DNA of 64,000 bases from an uncultured Desulfobacter sp. Its GTDB lineage: Bacteria > Desulfobacterota > Desulfobacteria > Desulfobacterales > Desulfobacteraceae. The DNA lies in the NCBI GenBank assembly GCA_963665095.1, contig OY762069.1:2016001-2080000 (forward strand), read 5' to 3'. Positions 20,557-30,130 of the stretch are shown here, one piece after another. A model generated the notes under the pieces. The model worked only from the letters and a program-made list of their open reading frames with translations, was not told where the DNA came from and made no database searches. The first letter of the stretch is position 1, and each line of letters opens with the position of its first letter. A program made the position numbers and the translations under genes.

Positions 20557-22620
20557 TTACTTGTCGTCCTCCTGGCTGCAGAAGTACTCTATGGTTTTCT
20601 GAGCACAGGTGGGGCAGTATCCCAGCTTTTGATCCATAGTTAAAATCATCCTGTCATACAGCTTCTGGTTTTCTTCATTGGTCCGGTTAGCAAGAGCACC
20701 AATCAGGGAACCGGCCCCGGCAATGTCAGATTTAAGCCGGACATCTGTAACCGCTTTGACCAGCTCCAGGTTATCCATGAAATCATAGTTGGCATCCACA
20801 GACAGTTTCTGGCCGTAAATCTTTCGAATAGAATTCCTGAAAGAGGCGCGCTGCTCTTCTGTTTTCAACCCTAAGCGCTCTTCTACATTCTTAATATACC
20901 GTTCATCAATCTTAAGTGCCCGAAGTTCGCCTGTCTGGGGATCCTTGTATTTCCACATCATATCAGGCCCGAGATGCTCGGCATCCACCCCTATGATCAT
21001 GTTTACGTAGTTGAGTACGTCCTTTTTTATGGCCAGAGGTTCATCCATATAGGCGTTGAACATCTCGGTCATGATACGTTCCCGGTAAAGTCCCCTGGCA
21101 ATTTTCAGGTCTTCCATAAATTTGGCCCGGTCTGCCGGTTCCTGAACATAATCCAAAACCACCCGCTCCAGGGCATTGAAAATATCCAGGGCAAACATGC
21201 ATCTGCCTTCATTGGTTTCACTGGACTCCAGAAGCAGCTGAACCGCCCTGCCAAGATTCCTCTGGCCTAAGCCTTTCTGGCCAAACCGTTTGGTGATGTC
21301 TGTGTCCTGATTGAGCTGGTCAATAAGTTCCGCCAGGGTTTTAAGACTTTTTTCGCCGGCCACTTCCCCTGCTGCAAGCTTCATGGTTTCCACCGGCGTG
21401 AGTTTATCCGAACGGGGGAGCCGTGTGAGCACAACAGCCACGGATGCGGCATAATTGAGATTGGGATCCTGATGAAGGACTTCATGGTCTAATGACCGCT
21501 TGACATCAGTACCAATAGCATACTCTGTCAGGGTTTTCTGAATTTTATAATCCGTATTATGGGCCACATAACAGATCCGGCACCGGTCCACAATAGGTGC
21601 TTCTTCGCGTTCCGATAAAAATGTATTGAACTCTGAATTATTGGAAGTGGCAATGATCAGGGTATCTATGGGCCATTTAAAACCGTCAAGCTCAATCATA
21701 CGATTCTGAATCACGCCGAGATAGACCTGAACCAGGTCTTTTTTATTTTTATAAATCTCGTCGGAAAAATGAATGCCACCGCCAGCCACCCGGGCAAGGG
21801 CGCCCCGCCGCAGGTCAAACCGATAAGGATTGTTAGAATCGGGGATGTGCAGAAGTCTCTGGATGGATTCTTCCCCCATAAGGTCCACGGCTGAGGAGGT
21901 GATCTTGTCCTTTGCCGGATATTTACCAGTGATGGTACCAAGGCTTTCAATGAGCGGAACCGGAGCGATTTCAATAAATTCCATCATCTTTGCCGGGGCA
22001 TCCTCACAATATTCGCGAATTTGATTCCAGATATAGGCAGAGCAAGCACCCAATGGACGATATTTTTCATAGAGGGCTTCAATCTCCTTATCCTTGAACT
22101 TAAATGCCTTGGACAGGTAACTCATGGATGCATCCCGGGTATCCTTGAAACTCATGGCCAAAATCATGGGATCTTCATAGGTCTGTGACTCAATGACATT
22201 GATTTTCCCATATCCGCCCAGTTTTTCCAGCCCCTTGAATCTGAAGGTATATTTCATATTTCTGGGACTGGACAAAAACTCCCGGTATCGGGCACACAGA
22301 TACTCCACAAAAAAGGTTTTTCCGTTGCCCGGTTCACCCACCAGCACGAAGGCCATCTCACGGGACGACCCGCCCTCAGAGGCATCCTTGACAAAGGATA
22401 CAAAGGAATTGATTTCGTCAAACATACCCACCAGATGTTTCTTCTCACCGCTGAACAGGTCAAACTGGTAAGTGGTTTTTCCCTTCACCGTCACCTTGCG
22501 GATGCCGGCATCCAGAATCATGCGGGACACCCCCTGGAATGCATCTTCAAAAATACGGGTTCCCTTCTTGACGGCGTCAACATGATGGCTAAAAGTCCTG
22601 GGATCTGTTGTAGTGGCCAT
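20557..22620 (-). CDS. prkA: PrkA/YeaG-family AAA+ protein (annotated serine kinase)
   Basis: Walker A GEPGNGKT, Walker B IHFSDE, IATSN, DRC; GGAGGGG RBS before ATG 22620. Confidence 0.9.
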   Translation of the reverse strand: MATTTDPRTFSHHVDAVKKGTRIFEDAFQGVSRMILDAGIRKVTVKGKTTYQFDLFSGEKKHLVGMFDEINSFVSFVKDASEGGSSREMAFVLVGEPGNGKTFFVEYLCARYREFLSSPRNMKYTFRFKGLEKLGGYGKINVIESQTYEDPMILAMSFKDTRDASMSYLSKAFKFKDKEIEALYEKYRPLGACSAYIWNQIREYCEDAPAKMMEFIEIAPVPLIESLGTITGKYPAKDKITSSAVDLMGEESIQRLLHIPDSNNPYRFDLRRGALARVAGGGIHFSDEIYKNKKDLVQVYLGVIQNRMIELDGFKWPIDTLIIATSNNSEFNTFLSEREEAPIVDRCRICYVAHNTDYKIQKTLTEYAIGTDVKRSLDHEVLHQDPNLNYAASVAVVLTRLPRSDKLTPVETMKLAAGEVAGEKSLKTLAELIDQLNQDTDITKRFGQKGLGQRNLGRAVQLLLESSETNEGRCMFALDIFNALERVVLDYVQEPADRAKFMEDLKIARGLYRERIMTEMFNAYMDEPLAIKKDVLNYVNMIIGVDAEHLGPDMMWKYKDPQTGELRALKIDERYIKNVEERLGLKTEEQRASFRNSIRKIYGQKLSVDANYDFMDNLELVKAVTDVRLKSDIAGAGSLIGALANRTNEENQKLYDRMILTMDQKLGYCPTCAQKTIEYFCSQEDDK

Positions 22621-22795
22621 TTTCCCCTCCATGGGCAGCAAGACGGCAGTGCTGCCAGGTTGATGGTTGGAATACTTAAAAACTTTGTCACCCGGTGTGT
22701 TGTTTCAGATGGTTTCTCTTTCCGGGTTGAGCAATGCTGCTAAAGAATTGAACGTGTTAAGGTTATTTTAAGATAAACGCTTTTATTTAAGTAAA

Positions 22796-22824
22796 AATAT
22801 ATCAGCCGGGAAAAAAGGTGTCAA
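22796..22824 (-). promoter_or_regulatory. Putative sigma70 promoter of the prkA operon
   Basis: TTGACA-N17-TATATT with TG before the -10, on the minus strand. Confidence 0.65.
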
Positions 22825-22925
22825 ATACAATTGCCGTCGCATTATCCCTTAGCATAAACGCTTTCTGATTCCTTGATTTTATGATAATTATAGAAAAATA
22901 ACCTTAAATTTCCGGTTAGACAAAA

Positions 22926-23831
22926 ATGATTCAACGAGACGTTAGCACTACTATTGACCCTGAAAAATGTATTGGATGTGCTGCCTGTATAAAGGTCTGC
23001 CCCTCACAGACGCTCACACTTGAAAACGGTATATGCCGAGTGACCGGCGATAAATCGTTGTCCTGCGGACATTGTGCTGCTGTCTGTTCTGAAACCGCAG
23101 CAAATGTGGCAGCCATTGACCCTGAAATGTCCCGGTTTTCAACCTTTTTTCTGAATGAAGAGTGGCTTCCCCATGGTGGGTTCCCGGTATCTGAGCTGGC
23201 AGGCCTTCTGGCTTCCAGGCGGTCTTGTAGAAACTTCAAGAATAAAAATGTTTCTGCCGATATACTCAAAGATCTCATAAAATTGGGATGCATGGCACCG
23301 TCAGGAACAAACAGCCAGCAATGGACCTTTACCTGCCTTATCAGTAGAAATAAAGTAACCGATCTGGCAGAACAGTTAAAAATTTTTTTCCAGTCCCTGA
23401 ATAAAAAAGCAAAAAGTTTCTTTCTTAGAAAAGCCTTGCGGCTTGTGGGACAGCCTGCGCTGGATAATTACTTCCAAGACTACTATGAATCTGTCTCCCA
23501 GGCCATGGAAGAATTTGAAACCCAGGGGATTGACCGGCTGTTTCATGGCGCCTGTGCCTGTATTATTATAGGTTCGGGACCAGATGCATCCTGCCCCAAA
23601 GAAGACGCCCTGCTGGCTGCAGGAAATATTCTTTTAGGTGCCCATGCCATGGGTCTTGGCACATGTCTTATAGGGTTTGCCGTGGCTGCCATGAAACAGA
23701 ATACCAGCATAAAAAAATATCTGGGAATTCCGGAAAAGGAAGCGGTTCATGCTGTTATTGCCTTAGGCTATCCAAATGAATCTTATAAGCGTATCACCGG
23801 CAGGAAAAAACCTGTGATGCGGTTTAATTAA
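22926..23831 (+). CDS. Ferredoxin-nitroreductase fusion
   Basis: CIGCAACIKVCP and SLSCGHCAAVC (first Cys of the second motif replaced by Ser); RRSCR, APSGTNSQQW, GLGTCLIG. Confidence 0.9.
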   Translation: MIQRDVSTTIDPEKCIGCAACIKVCPSQTLTLENGICRVTGDKSLSCGHCAAVCSETAANVAAIDPEMSRFSTFFLNEEWLPHGGFPVSELAGLLASRRSCRNFKNKNVSADILKDLIKLGCMAPSGTNSQQWTFTCLISRNKVTDLAEQLKIFFQSLNKKAKSFFLRKALRLVGQPALDNYFQDYYESVSQAMEEFETQGIDRLFHGACACIIIGSGPDASCPKEDALLAAGNILLGAHAMGLGTCLIGFAVAAMKQNTSIKKYLGIPEKEAVHAVIALGYPNESYKRITGRKKPVMRFN

Positions 23832-23852
23832 CTTTCGCTAAAGAGGGATATC

Positions 23853-25571
23853 ATGACCGGGCCAAAGCTGCTGACCTTTGACGATCTGATAGATGAACTG
23901 GATATGGGCAAGGCCACCTTAAAGTTTATTTTAAACCGGTTTAACCAATGGCTTGCCACAAATATTGTCAACGGCGAAATACTGTACACCCAACAGGCTG
24001 TGACCACCCTGCTTACCATCCGGAAATGGCTGGATGCCGGCATGCTGCCTGAACAGGTGGAAACCTCTCTGGAACAGGAAGCAGGCAGAGCCAATGAACA
24101 GAAGATCCCGCCCCAAAGTATCCAGAATATATCTGAAATGTCATTGAATCAGGAAATGATATCTGTTTTCAAGGATATGTTCCAAACATTTATTGAAAAA
24201 CAGGATCGTATCGCTTCTGCCCAGGAGACCTTGGCCCGGGTAGAGGAAAGAAAAGCTGCCGCCATGGAAAAACGGGCTGTGGCCGAAGATAAAAAAGCAG
24301 ACGCCATGACCACCATTGCTTTGGCCCTTCAGGAGTTGAACCATCGGCACGTATCAGATCCCCACGCTATGGAAATTGCCGGTCGGGCAGTGGAAACACT
24401 TGCCTTAAATGAGCTGTCTGACCAGGACGACGAATTACCGGCAACCTCCATAGAGCAAGCTTTTGACCCGACCCTGGAACAAGACGATGCCCCTGAAGAA
24501 CTGACTGCAGATCAGCTGTTTGACACCCCCTTTCCCATGGGAAACGATTTTGCGGATCACGACATAGATGATCTTAAAGATTTTTCTGATTCCGACATTG
24601 ATGATCTGTCTTTACTGGTCAATGACAATGCCCTGGCTCCTGGAGATATCGATGATTTATCCTCACTGATTGATGCAGTATCTGAGGAAAATCCGGATCT
24701 GGATGATCTGGAAAGCCTGCTTTCGGAAACATCATCTCTCCCTGATATGCAAGAAATGGATGACTTGTCAAAACTGATTCATGATGACGACCCATCCTTT
24801 GACCAGGCCCTTCCGGCAGATATAGATGATCTGTCTAAACTTATCAGTCAGGATACATCTATAGCTAATGCATCCGACCTAAATTCTTCAGCAGATTCAG
24901 GCACGGATACGGATGACCTTTACAGCCTGGTTGGAATGGACCCAAAGACATCATCCCTTCATGAAAAAGAAAAAATGGATGACCTGTCCATGCTTATTAC
25001 TTCCCCTTCTGATAGTACCGGGAATATTTTAGTCAATACCGGGGAGTTAGATGATTTATCCGCCTTGATTTCAGACAGCCAGTCCGCCCCGGTCCCCATG
25101 GATGATCTATCGAAGCTTGTAGGATCACCCGGGCCAACACAGGAACCAGCCGGAACAGATGGGCCAATCGATGATCTCTGGGCACTGGTGCCTGATGCCC
25201 AAAATCCAGACCCCGCCCTTCAGGCCGGACCAGAAGAACTATCAGGCATGGATAATCTTTCCTTGCTGCTGAATAATACAGGAAAAACAGATGAGGCTGA
25301 GGCAGATACAAAAGAGGACACCGCCAGCGACACTTCCTCAACGACCCTGGAAACGCCGTCCCTGAAACCTGATATTTCACCGGATCTGGATCTGGCTAAA
25401 TATAAAGCTGCTGTCATGAAAATCATCATTGATTTAAAAAACCAGGGACTGACAGCCCAACAGACAACAGACCGGCTTAACCACGACGGTGTCACAACCT
25501 TGTCCGGTAAGCCGAGTTGGCGGGTAAAAGCCATTGAAAAAATCTACGGATTTATTGACTCTGCAAAATAA
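23853..25571 (+). CDS. Hypothetical protein: MerR-like HTH, coiled coil, acidic DDLxxL repeats, C-terminal recombinase-type winged helix
   Basis: N-terminus LTFDDLIDELDMGKATLKF...YTQQAVTTLLTIRKWLDAGM; 11-12 DDL-S-x-L repeats; C-terminus GLTAQQTTDRLNHDGVTTLSGKPSW. Confidence 0.75.
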   Translation: MTGPKLLTFDDLIDELDMGKATLKFILNRFNQWLATNIVNGEILYTQQAVTTLLTIRKWLDAGMLPEQVETSLEQEAGRANEQKIPPQSIQNISEMSLNQEMISVFKDMFQTFIEKQDRIASAQETLARVEERKAAAMEKRAVAEDKKADAMTTIALALQELNHRHVSDPHAMEIAGRAVETLALNELSDQDDELPATSIEQAFDPTLEQDDAPEELTADQLFDTPFPMGNDFADHDIDDLKDFSDSDIDDLSLLVNDNALAPGDIDDLSSLIDAVSEENPDLDDLESLLSETSSLPDMQEMDDLSKLIHDDDPSFDQALPADIDDLSKLISQDTSIANASDLNSSADSGTDTDDLYSLVGMDPKTSSLHEKEKMDDLSMLITSPSDSTGNILVNTGELDDLSALISDSQSAPVPMDDLSKLVGSPGPTQEPAGTDGPIDDLWALVPDAQNPDPALQAGPEELSGMDNLSLLLNNTGKTDEAEADTKEDTASDTSSTTLETPSLKPDISPDLDLAKYKAAVMKIIIDLKNQGLTAQQTTDRLNHDGVTTLSGKPSWRVKAIEKIYGFIDSAK

Positions 25572-25577
25572 AACTGT

Positions 25578-26516
25578 CTATTTTGCTCCGGCCGCATCAG
25601 CAAACCGGGTATCCACAAATTTATCCAGATCAATAAGAGATGTCATAATATTCATCTTATCCATCATATATTTCTGGATAATATCAAGATCCTCTTTCCG
25701 GGGATAAAGTTCACCGGTGAGAATCCGGTCCGGGGGATCGGTCAGCACCCGATGAATAATATCTCTATCCTGGGAAAAGAACTCCGCGCCGATCACTGAC
25801 GCGGGGTCAGGCTGGGCATCAATGGCAAGCCCGGAGCGGACAAAACTTGTACATATCTCCTGCATGGCCTCAGGATACTTTTCAATAATTTCAGTCCGCA
25901 TGACAAATACACAGCAGGGGTGTTTGGCCCACAGATTCTTTGACAGCTCAAACTCTTCACCGTGACCGGCAGCAATTACCTGGGAGCCAAATGGTTCGGC
26001 GACGATAAATCCACCTATTTCGCCGTCTTCGTCATATTCAAGGGCTTCAGGCATCTGAAACGGGGCTACGACCTCAAGCGTCACATCTATCCCCTGCTCC
26101 GTGGCCCGACCAGGTTTCAACCCTTTTTCAGATAACAACTTATGAAACAACATATTATGAATGGACAACTGATACGGAATTAAAACCGTCTTACCAGCGA
26201 AATCCTCAACAGAGTTGATATTGGCCCGTTTATTTTTAACAAGAACGCTGCCGGATTTGTGAGCCAGCAACAGCAGTTTAAGATCAACGCCGGACTTGAA
26301 AAGATCCATGGCAGTTGGCGCCAGAACAAGAGCCCCATCCAGAGACTTCACAGAAAGCGCGTCGGCAACTTCATTCCATCCATTTTTAACCACAGGTTCC
26401 AGTGTGCAGTGTTGAAAGGTTTCCATGCCTTGCTGTAATTTTCGAGCAGTTACACCGAGAATGAAATGATCAGTGATTTTAAGATATCCGATCTTGATCG
26501 CGGGTTTTTCCGCCAT
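25578..26516 (-). CDS. CmpA/NrtA/NasS-family (NitT/TauT) solute-binding protein without signal peptide
   Basis: KIGYLKITDH, SIHNML, VAEPF, HPCC; GGAGG RBS before ATG 26516. Confidence 0.85.
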   Translation of the reverse strand: MAEKPAIKIGYLKITDHFILGVTARKLQQGMETFQHCTLEPVVKNGWNEVADALSVKSLDGALVLAPTAMDLFKSGVDLKLLLLAHKSGSVLVKNKRANINSVEDFAGKTVLIPYQLSIHNMLFHKLLSEKGLKPGRATEQGIDVTLEVVAPFQMPEALEYDEDGEIGGFIVAEPFGSQVIAAGHGEEFELSKNLWAKHPCCVFVMRTEIIEKYPEAMQEICTSFVRSGLAIDAQPDPASVIGAEFFSQDRDIIHRVLTDPPDRILTGELYPRKEDLDIIQKYMMDKMNIMTSLIDLDKFVDTRFADAAGAK

Positions 26517-26786
26517 TTCAGGCACCTCCGGAGATGGTTAGTGTAATATAAATAAAGATGAATCTCATTAACAATGATTATGCGTAAGTTTCATTTAAAG
26601 TCAATAAAAAAGCATTGAACATGCTGTCTTACGAAAAGCTGCACACTATGTAACTATTGTTATGTGCCATATAATCGCCGCAAAGTAAACCCCGACGTAA
26701 AAAATAGGCTTTTACCCAAACGCGTCTCTGTTATTTTTCATGCGGCCTCAGAAGACATTAAAAACAAGCCAAATCTCTCCCATTTC

Positions 26787-27536
26787 TCAAGCAATATAAT
26801 CAGGCATGGCTTCAGTTGAAAGAATCAGGCGTGCGAAAAGCAGATCATCCGGTGTGGTCAGCTTGATATTGAACCTGTCACCCGCCACTGTTAACACGGG
26901 AATCTTTGCATGCTCGCATACAGATGCTTCATCTGTACCCCGAAACCCTGTCTGTCGGGCATGGGAAAAGGCCTTAAGAATCAGGTCCAAACGAAAGACC
27001 TGTGGCGTCTGGGCCCGGTACAGGCAATTCCTATCAAGCGTGCATTGGATTATTCCGTTACGGTCTGCCTTTTTTATGGTATCCGTTATCCGTACGGTAG
27101 GAATACAGGCACCATACTCCCGGGCACCCTTAATACACCTGCTCACAAGCGTCTTATTGATAAAGGGCCGGACCCCGTCATGGATCAGGACAAGGGTGTT
27201 TTCCGGCTGGGCAGATAGATCCCGGGCTGCTGCCAGTCCGTTGGCCACTGAATCGTGTCGTGTTATACCGCCTTTGACAAGATGCACAGGTAAGGCAAAT
27301 GTGCCGGGGTGGATCAGGGTATTGCCGCAGAAAGCCAAATCCGGTTCAGGCGCAACCAGAATAATTTCATCAACCTGACCACAGGTATCAAACGCCTTCA
27401 GCGTGCGGATCAACACCGGAATGCCCTCCAGGTCCATAAACTGTTTTTTTATGCCGGATTTCATGCGCACGCCCTTTCCTCCGGCCACGATCACAGCAAT
27501 ATGCTTAGAAAAATTAAGACGTCCTGGATCAGACAT
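26787..27536 (-). CDS. ispD: 2-C-methyl-D-erythritol 4-phosphate cytidylyltransferase
   Basis: AGGKGVRM..KKQF, IHDGVRP, AQTPQVF, TDEAS, NIKLTTPDD. Confidence 0.96.
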   Translation of the reverse strand: MSDPGRLNFSKHIAVIVAGGKGVRMKSGIKKQFMDLEGIPVLIRTLKAFDTCGQVDEIILVAPEPDLAFCGNTLIHPGTFALPVHLVKGGITRHDSVANGLAAARDLSAQPENTLVLIHDGVRPFINKTLVSRCIKGAREYGACIPTVRITDTIKKADRNGIIQCTLDRNCLYRAQTPQVFRLDLILKAFSHARQTGFRGTDEASVCEHAKIPVLTVAGDRFNIKLTTPDDLLFARLILSTEAMPDYIA

Positions 27537-27539
27537 AGG

Positions 27540-28850
27540 TCAAATCAGATAACTCAGTTCTCTTGGCAGAGGAATCCCCTTGCCCATATGGTCTTCGCCA
27601 TAATTTACCCCGGCAAGGATTTTCAGATCATTCAGCGCCCTTGAATCGCCGGTAAACACCACAGTTTCAATCTCTTCCTTCTTTATTTTTCCACCTGCCC
27701 ATTGGATATCAAGTACTGAGGAGGCATCAAACTGATCTTCACCCACCTGGAGCTTAACCTCTCCGCCGTAATACTGAACTATTTTTGCCACCAGAAGGCT
27801 TGGACGGCTGTGAAACCCCCTGTCTTTTGGGATACCCACCTCTATGGAAGCGGTTTCCATATTTTCATTCAAAACTTGAGTAGCCACGGCTTTTCCTGAA
27901 GAGAGAAACCTGCCGGCATAGTAAAGGCAGTAGTTTACAGCCCTTTCTAAAACAGCATCTGGGTCAATGAGGTCGGATAGCGACAGGCTGATATTCTTGT
28001 AAACATGCTTAAACCCGGTGTCATACAGATGACGCTCATAAAAATGAAGCAGGCGTCCCATCACCTGAAGGATGTGAAACACAATGGAAAAATGACTGCG
28101 CAACTGATTCAGTATTTCCGTATCCGGAGAGTGCCGGGTGGTTACAACATAGGAATCAAAGGAGGATTGAATATTATGTATCCGCATTTCGTAACTTCTG
28201 ATAGTGACTTCATTGACAACTTCAGGCACCAGTTTGTGAATCGCCTCAATATTATAGCGTTCATAAAAGGTCAACTGGTCAAAATCGCGGACTACCTCAA
28301 GAAACTGGCTGGCAATACGGGTCAGATTTTTCTTCTGATTGCTCCTGGGCATGGTATCGTCGATATTATGCTCCAGCTGGCTGGCTGTGGCAATACCGGG
28401 GAAATAGTCCAGATGATAACCGGATTCAGGTATCGTGATATTCAAACGTTTTGCTTCCCGTAAGACGACCGGTACGGCAAGATGTATGGCTTCCTGGATG
28501 AATTTCAAAGTATCCAGAGCCTCCTGCTTAAACGCACTGTGATCCTGATCTCCAAACGAGTAGAAATTAAACCTGTCCAGAGTATGCCGCTGGGAATAGC
28601 AGGCAAGGGATAGATGCCTCACGGTTGCGGACAATTCACGGTAAAAGACCCAGTCCCTGTTTTTCTTCCCCCCGTGAAAATCTAAGAAATCTTCTATGAT
28701 ATGGGAGGTAATGATCAGTTTTGAACATAACTTTTTGGTGAAAAGGTAACTGCCATCATTCAAGTTATTAATGAACAAAATGCATTTCAGATACTCATAT
28801 GAAAAGATATTAACTTTCTCTTTAAAAGAGATATCGCAGGTATCAGTCAT
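27540..28850 (-). CDS. HPr-family phosphocarrier with large unknown N-terminal domain
   Basis: C-terminal HPr motifs GFHSRPS and DASSVLDI; about 335-aa helical N-terminal region. Confidence 0.8.
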   Translation of the reverse strand: MTDTCDISFKEKVNIFSYEYLKCILFINNLNDGSYLFTKKLCSKLIITSHIIEDFLDFHGGKKNRDWVFYRELSATVRHLSLACYSQRHTLDRFNFYSFGDQDHSAFKQEALDTLKFIQEAIHLAVPVVLREAKRLNITIPESGYHLDYFPGIATASQLEHNIDDTMPRSNQKKNLTRIASQFLEVVRDFDQLTFYERYNIEAIHKLVPEVVNEVTIRSYEMRIHNIQSSFDSYVVTTRHSPDTEILNQLRSHFSIVFHILQVMGRLLHFYERHLYDTGFKHVYKNISLSLSDLIDPDAVLERAVNYCLYYAGRFLSSGKAVATQVLNENMETASIEVGIPKDRGFHSRPSLLVAKIVQYYGGEVKLQVGEDQFDASSVLDIQWAGGKIKKEEIETVVFTGDSRALNDLKILAGVNYGEDHMGKGIPLPRELSYLI

Positions 28851-28955
28851 AACTCCATTTATAAGGAAGCATAGTCAGTTAACCTGATGGCCGCTTTCTT
28901 TCTTTTTATGGGCACCCTACGCCTGATCCAACAAGGGCAACCCGTGGTCGTAAAA

Positions 28956-29389
<434 letters not shown>

Positions 29390-29406
29390 TATCTAAACTT
29401 AAATTA

Positions 29407-30117
29407 TCATGCTTTCTCAAAATAAAGGATTCTGCTGCACTGGGGGCAGAAAATCAATTCATTTCCCCTTTGAACTTCAATATATAACTGGGGCGGAATA
29501 TTCATAAAGCAGCCAAGACACACCTCATCCACCACTTTGGCCACCGCTGATCCCCGGTTCATTTTGGAAACCCTTTTAAATCTCTCCATTAATTTGGGAT
29601 CCAGTATCCTGCCTATCTCCTTCTGGCTATCAAGGTAGTCTTCAAGGAGCTTTCGATCTTTTTCAGACTGCTCTTCAATCCCACTTTGTTCGGCTTTAAT
29701 CTGTTCCTCAAGTTGCTGGTACTCTTTGGTGCTCTCATCCACAATGGTCTGGGATTTTTCCCGTTCATCCATGATCTTGAGCAGCTCAGTTTCCAGGGCA
29801 TCTTTTCTTTTCTTATTATCATCCACTTCCCGCAACAGCACCTGGTACTCTTTATTGGTTGTTACGTTGCGCAGCGTTTCATTGCTCTTGATAATCCGGT
29901 CGTCAACAACCTTGATCTCCATCTCAATGTCCAGACACTCTTTGTTCAGCTTTTCAAGTTCTTCGGTGTTTTCCTTCAAAGCAGCCGCAAACTGCTGAAG
30001 CCTGGATGATAATTTTGTTTTCTTTTTTTCCACCTCCCCGAGTACGCCACGAAGCCTGACAATTTCAGTCTCAGCCTCCTGGAGTTTAACAAGGGTAGTG
30101 ATGTCTGGTTTTGACAT
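29407..30117 (-). CDS. C4-type zinc-ribbon coiled-coil protein (DUF164/CdsZ-like)
   Basis: Coiled coil, CLGCFMNIPPQ...CPQCSRILY; usual position between nif3 and rnpB. Confidence 0.92.
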   Translation of the reverse strand: MSKPDITTLVKLQEAETEIVRLRGVLGEVEKKKTKLSSRLQQFAAALKENTEELEKLNKECLDIEMEIKVVDDRIIKSNETLRNVTTNKEYQVLLREVDDNKKRKDALETELLKIMDEREKSQTIVDESTKEYQQLEEQIKAEQSGIEEQSEKDRKLLEDYLDSQKEIGRILDPKLMERFKRVSKMNRGSAVAKVVDEVCLGCFMNIPPQLYIEVQRGNELIFCPQCSRILYFEKA

Positions 30118-30130
30118 ATATTCTACATCC

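Noticed and set aside
24565..25272. Repeat-spacer pattern (GATGATCT-like units) as a CRISPR-like array
   Set aside because: Repeats are conserved at protein level with synonymous variation, stay in frame and have irregular spacers; no cas genes.
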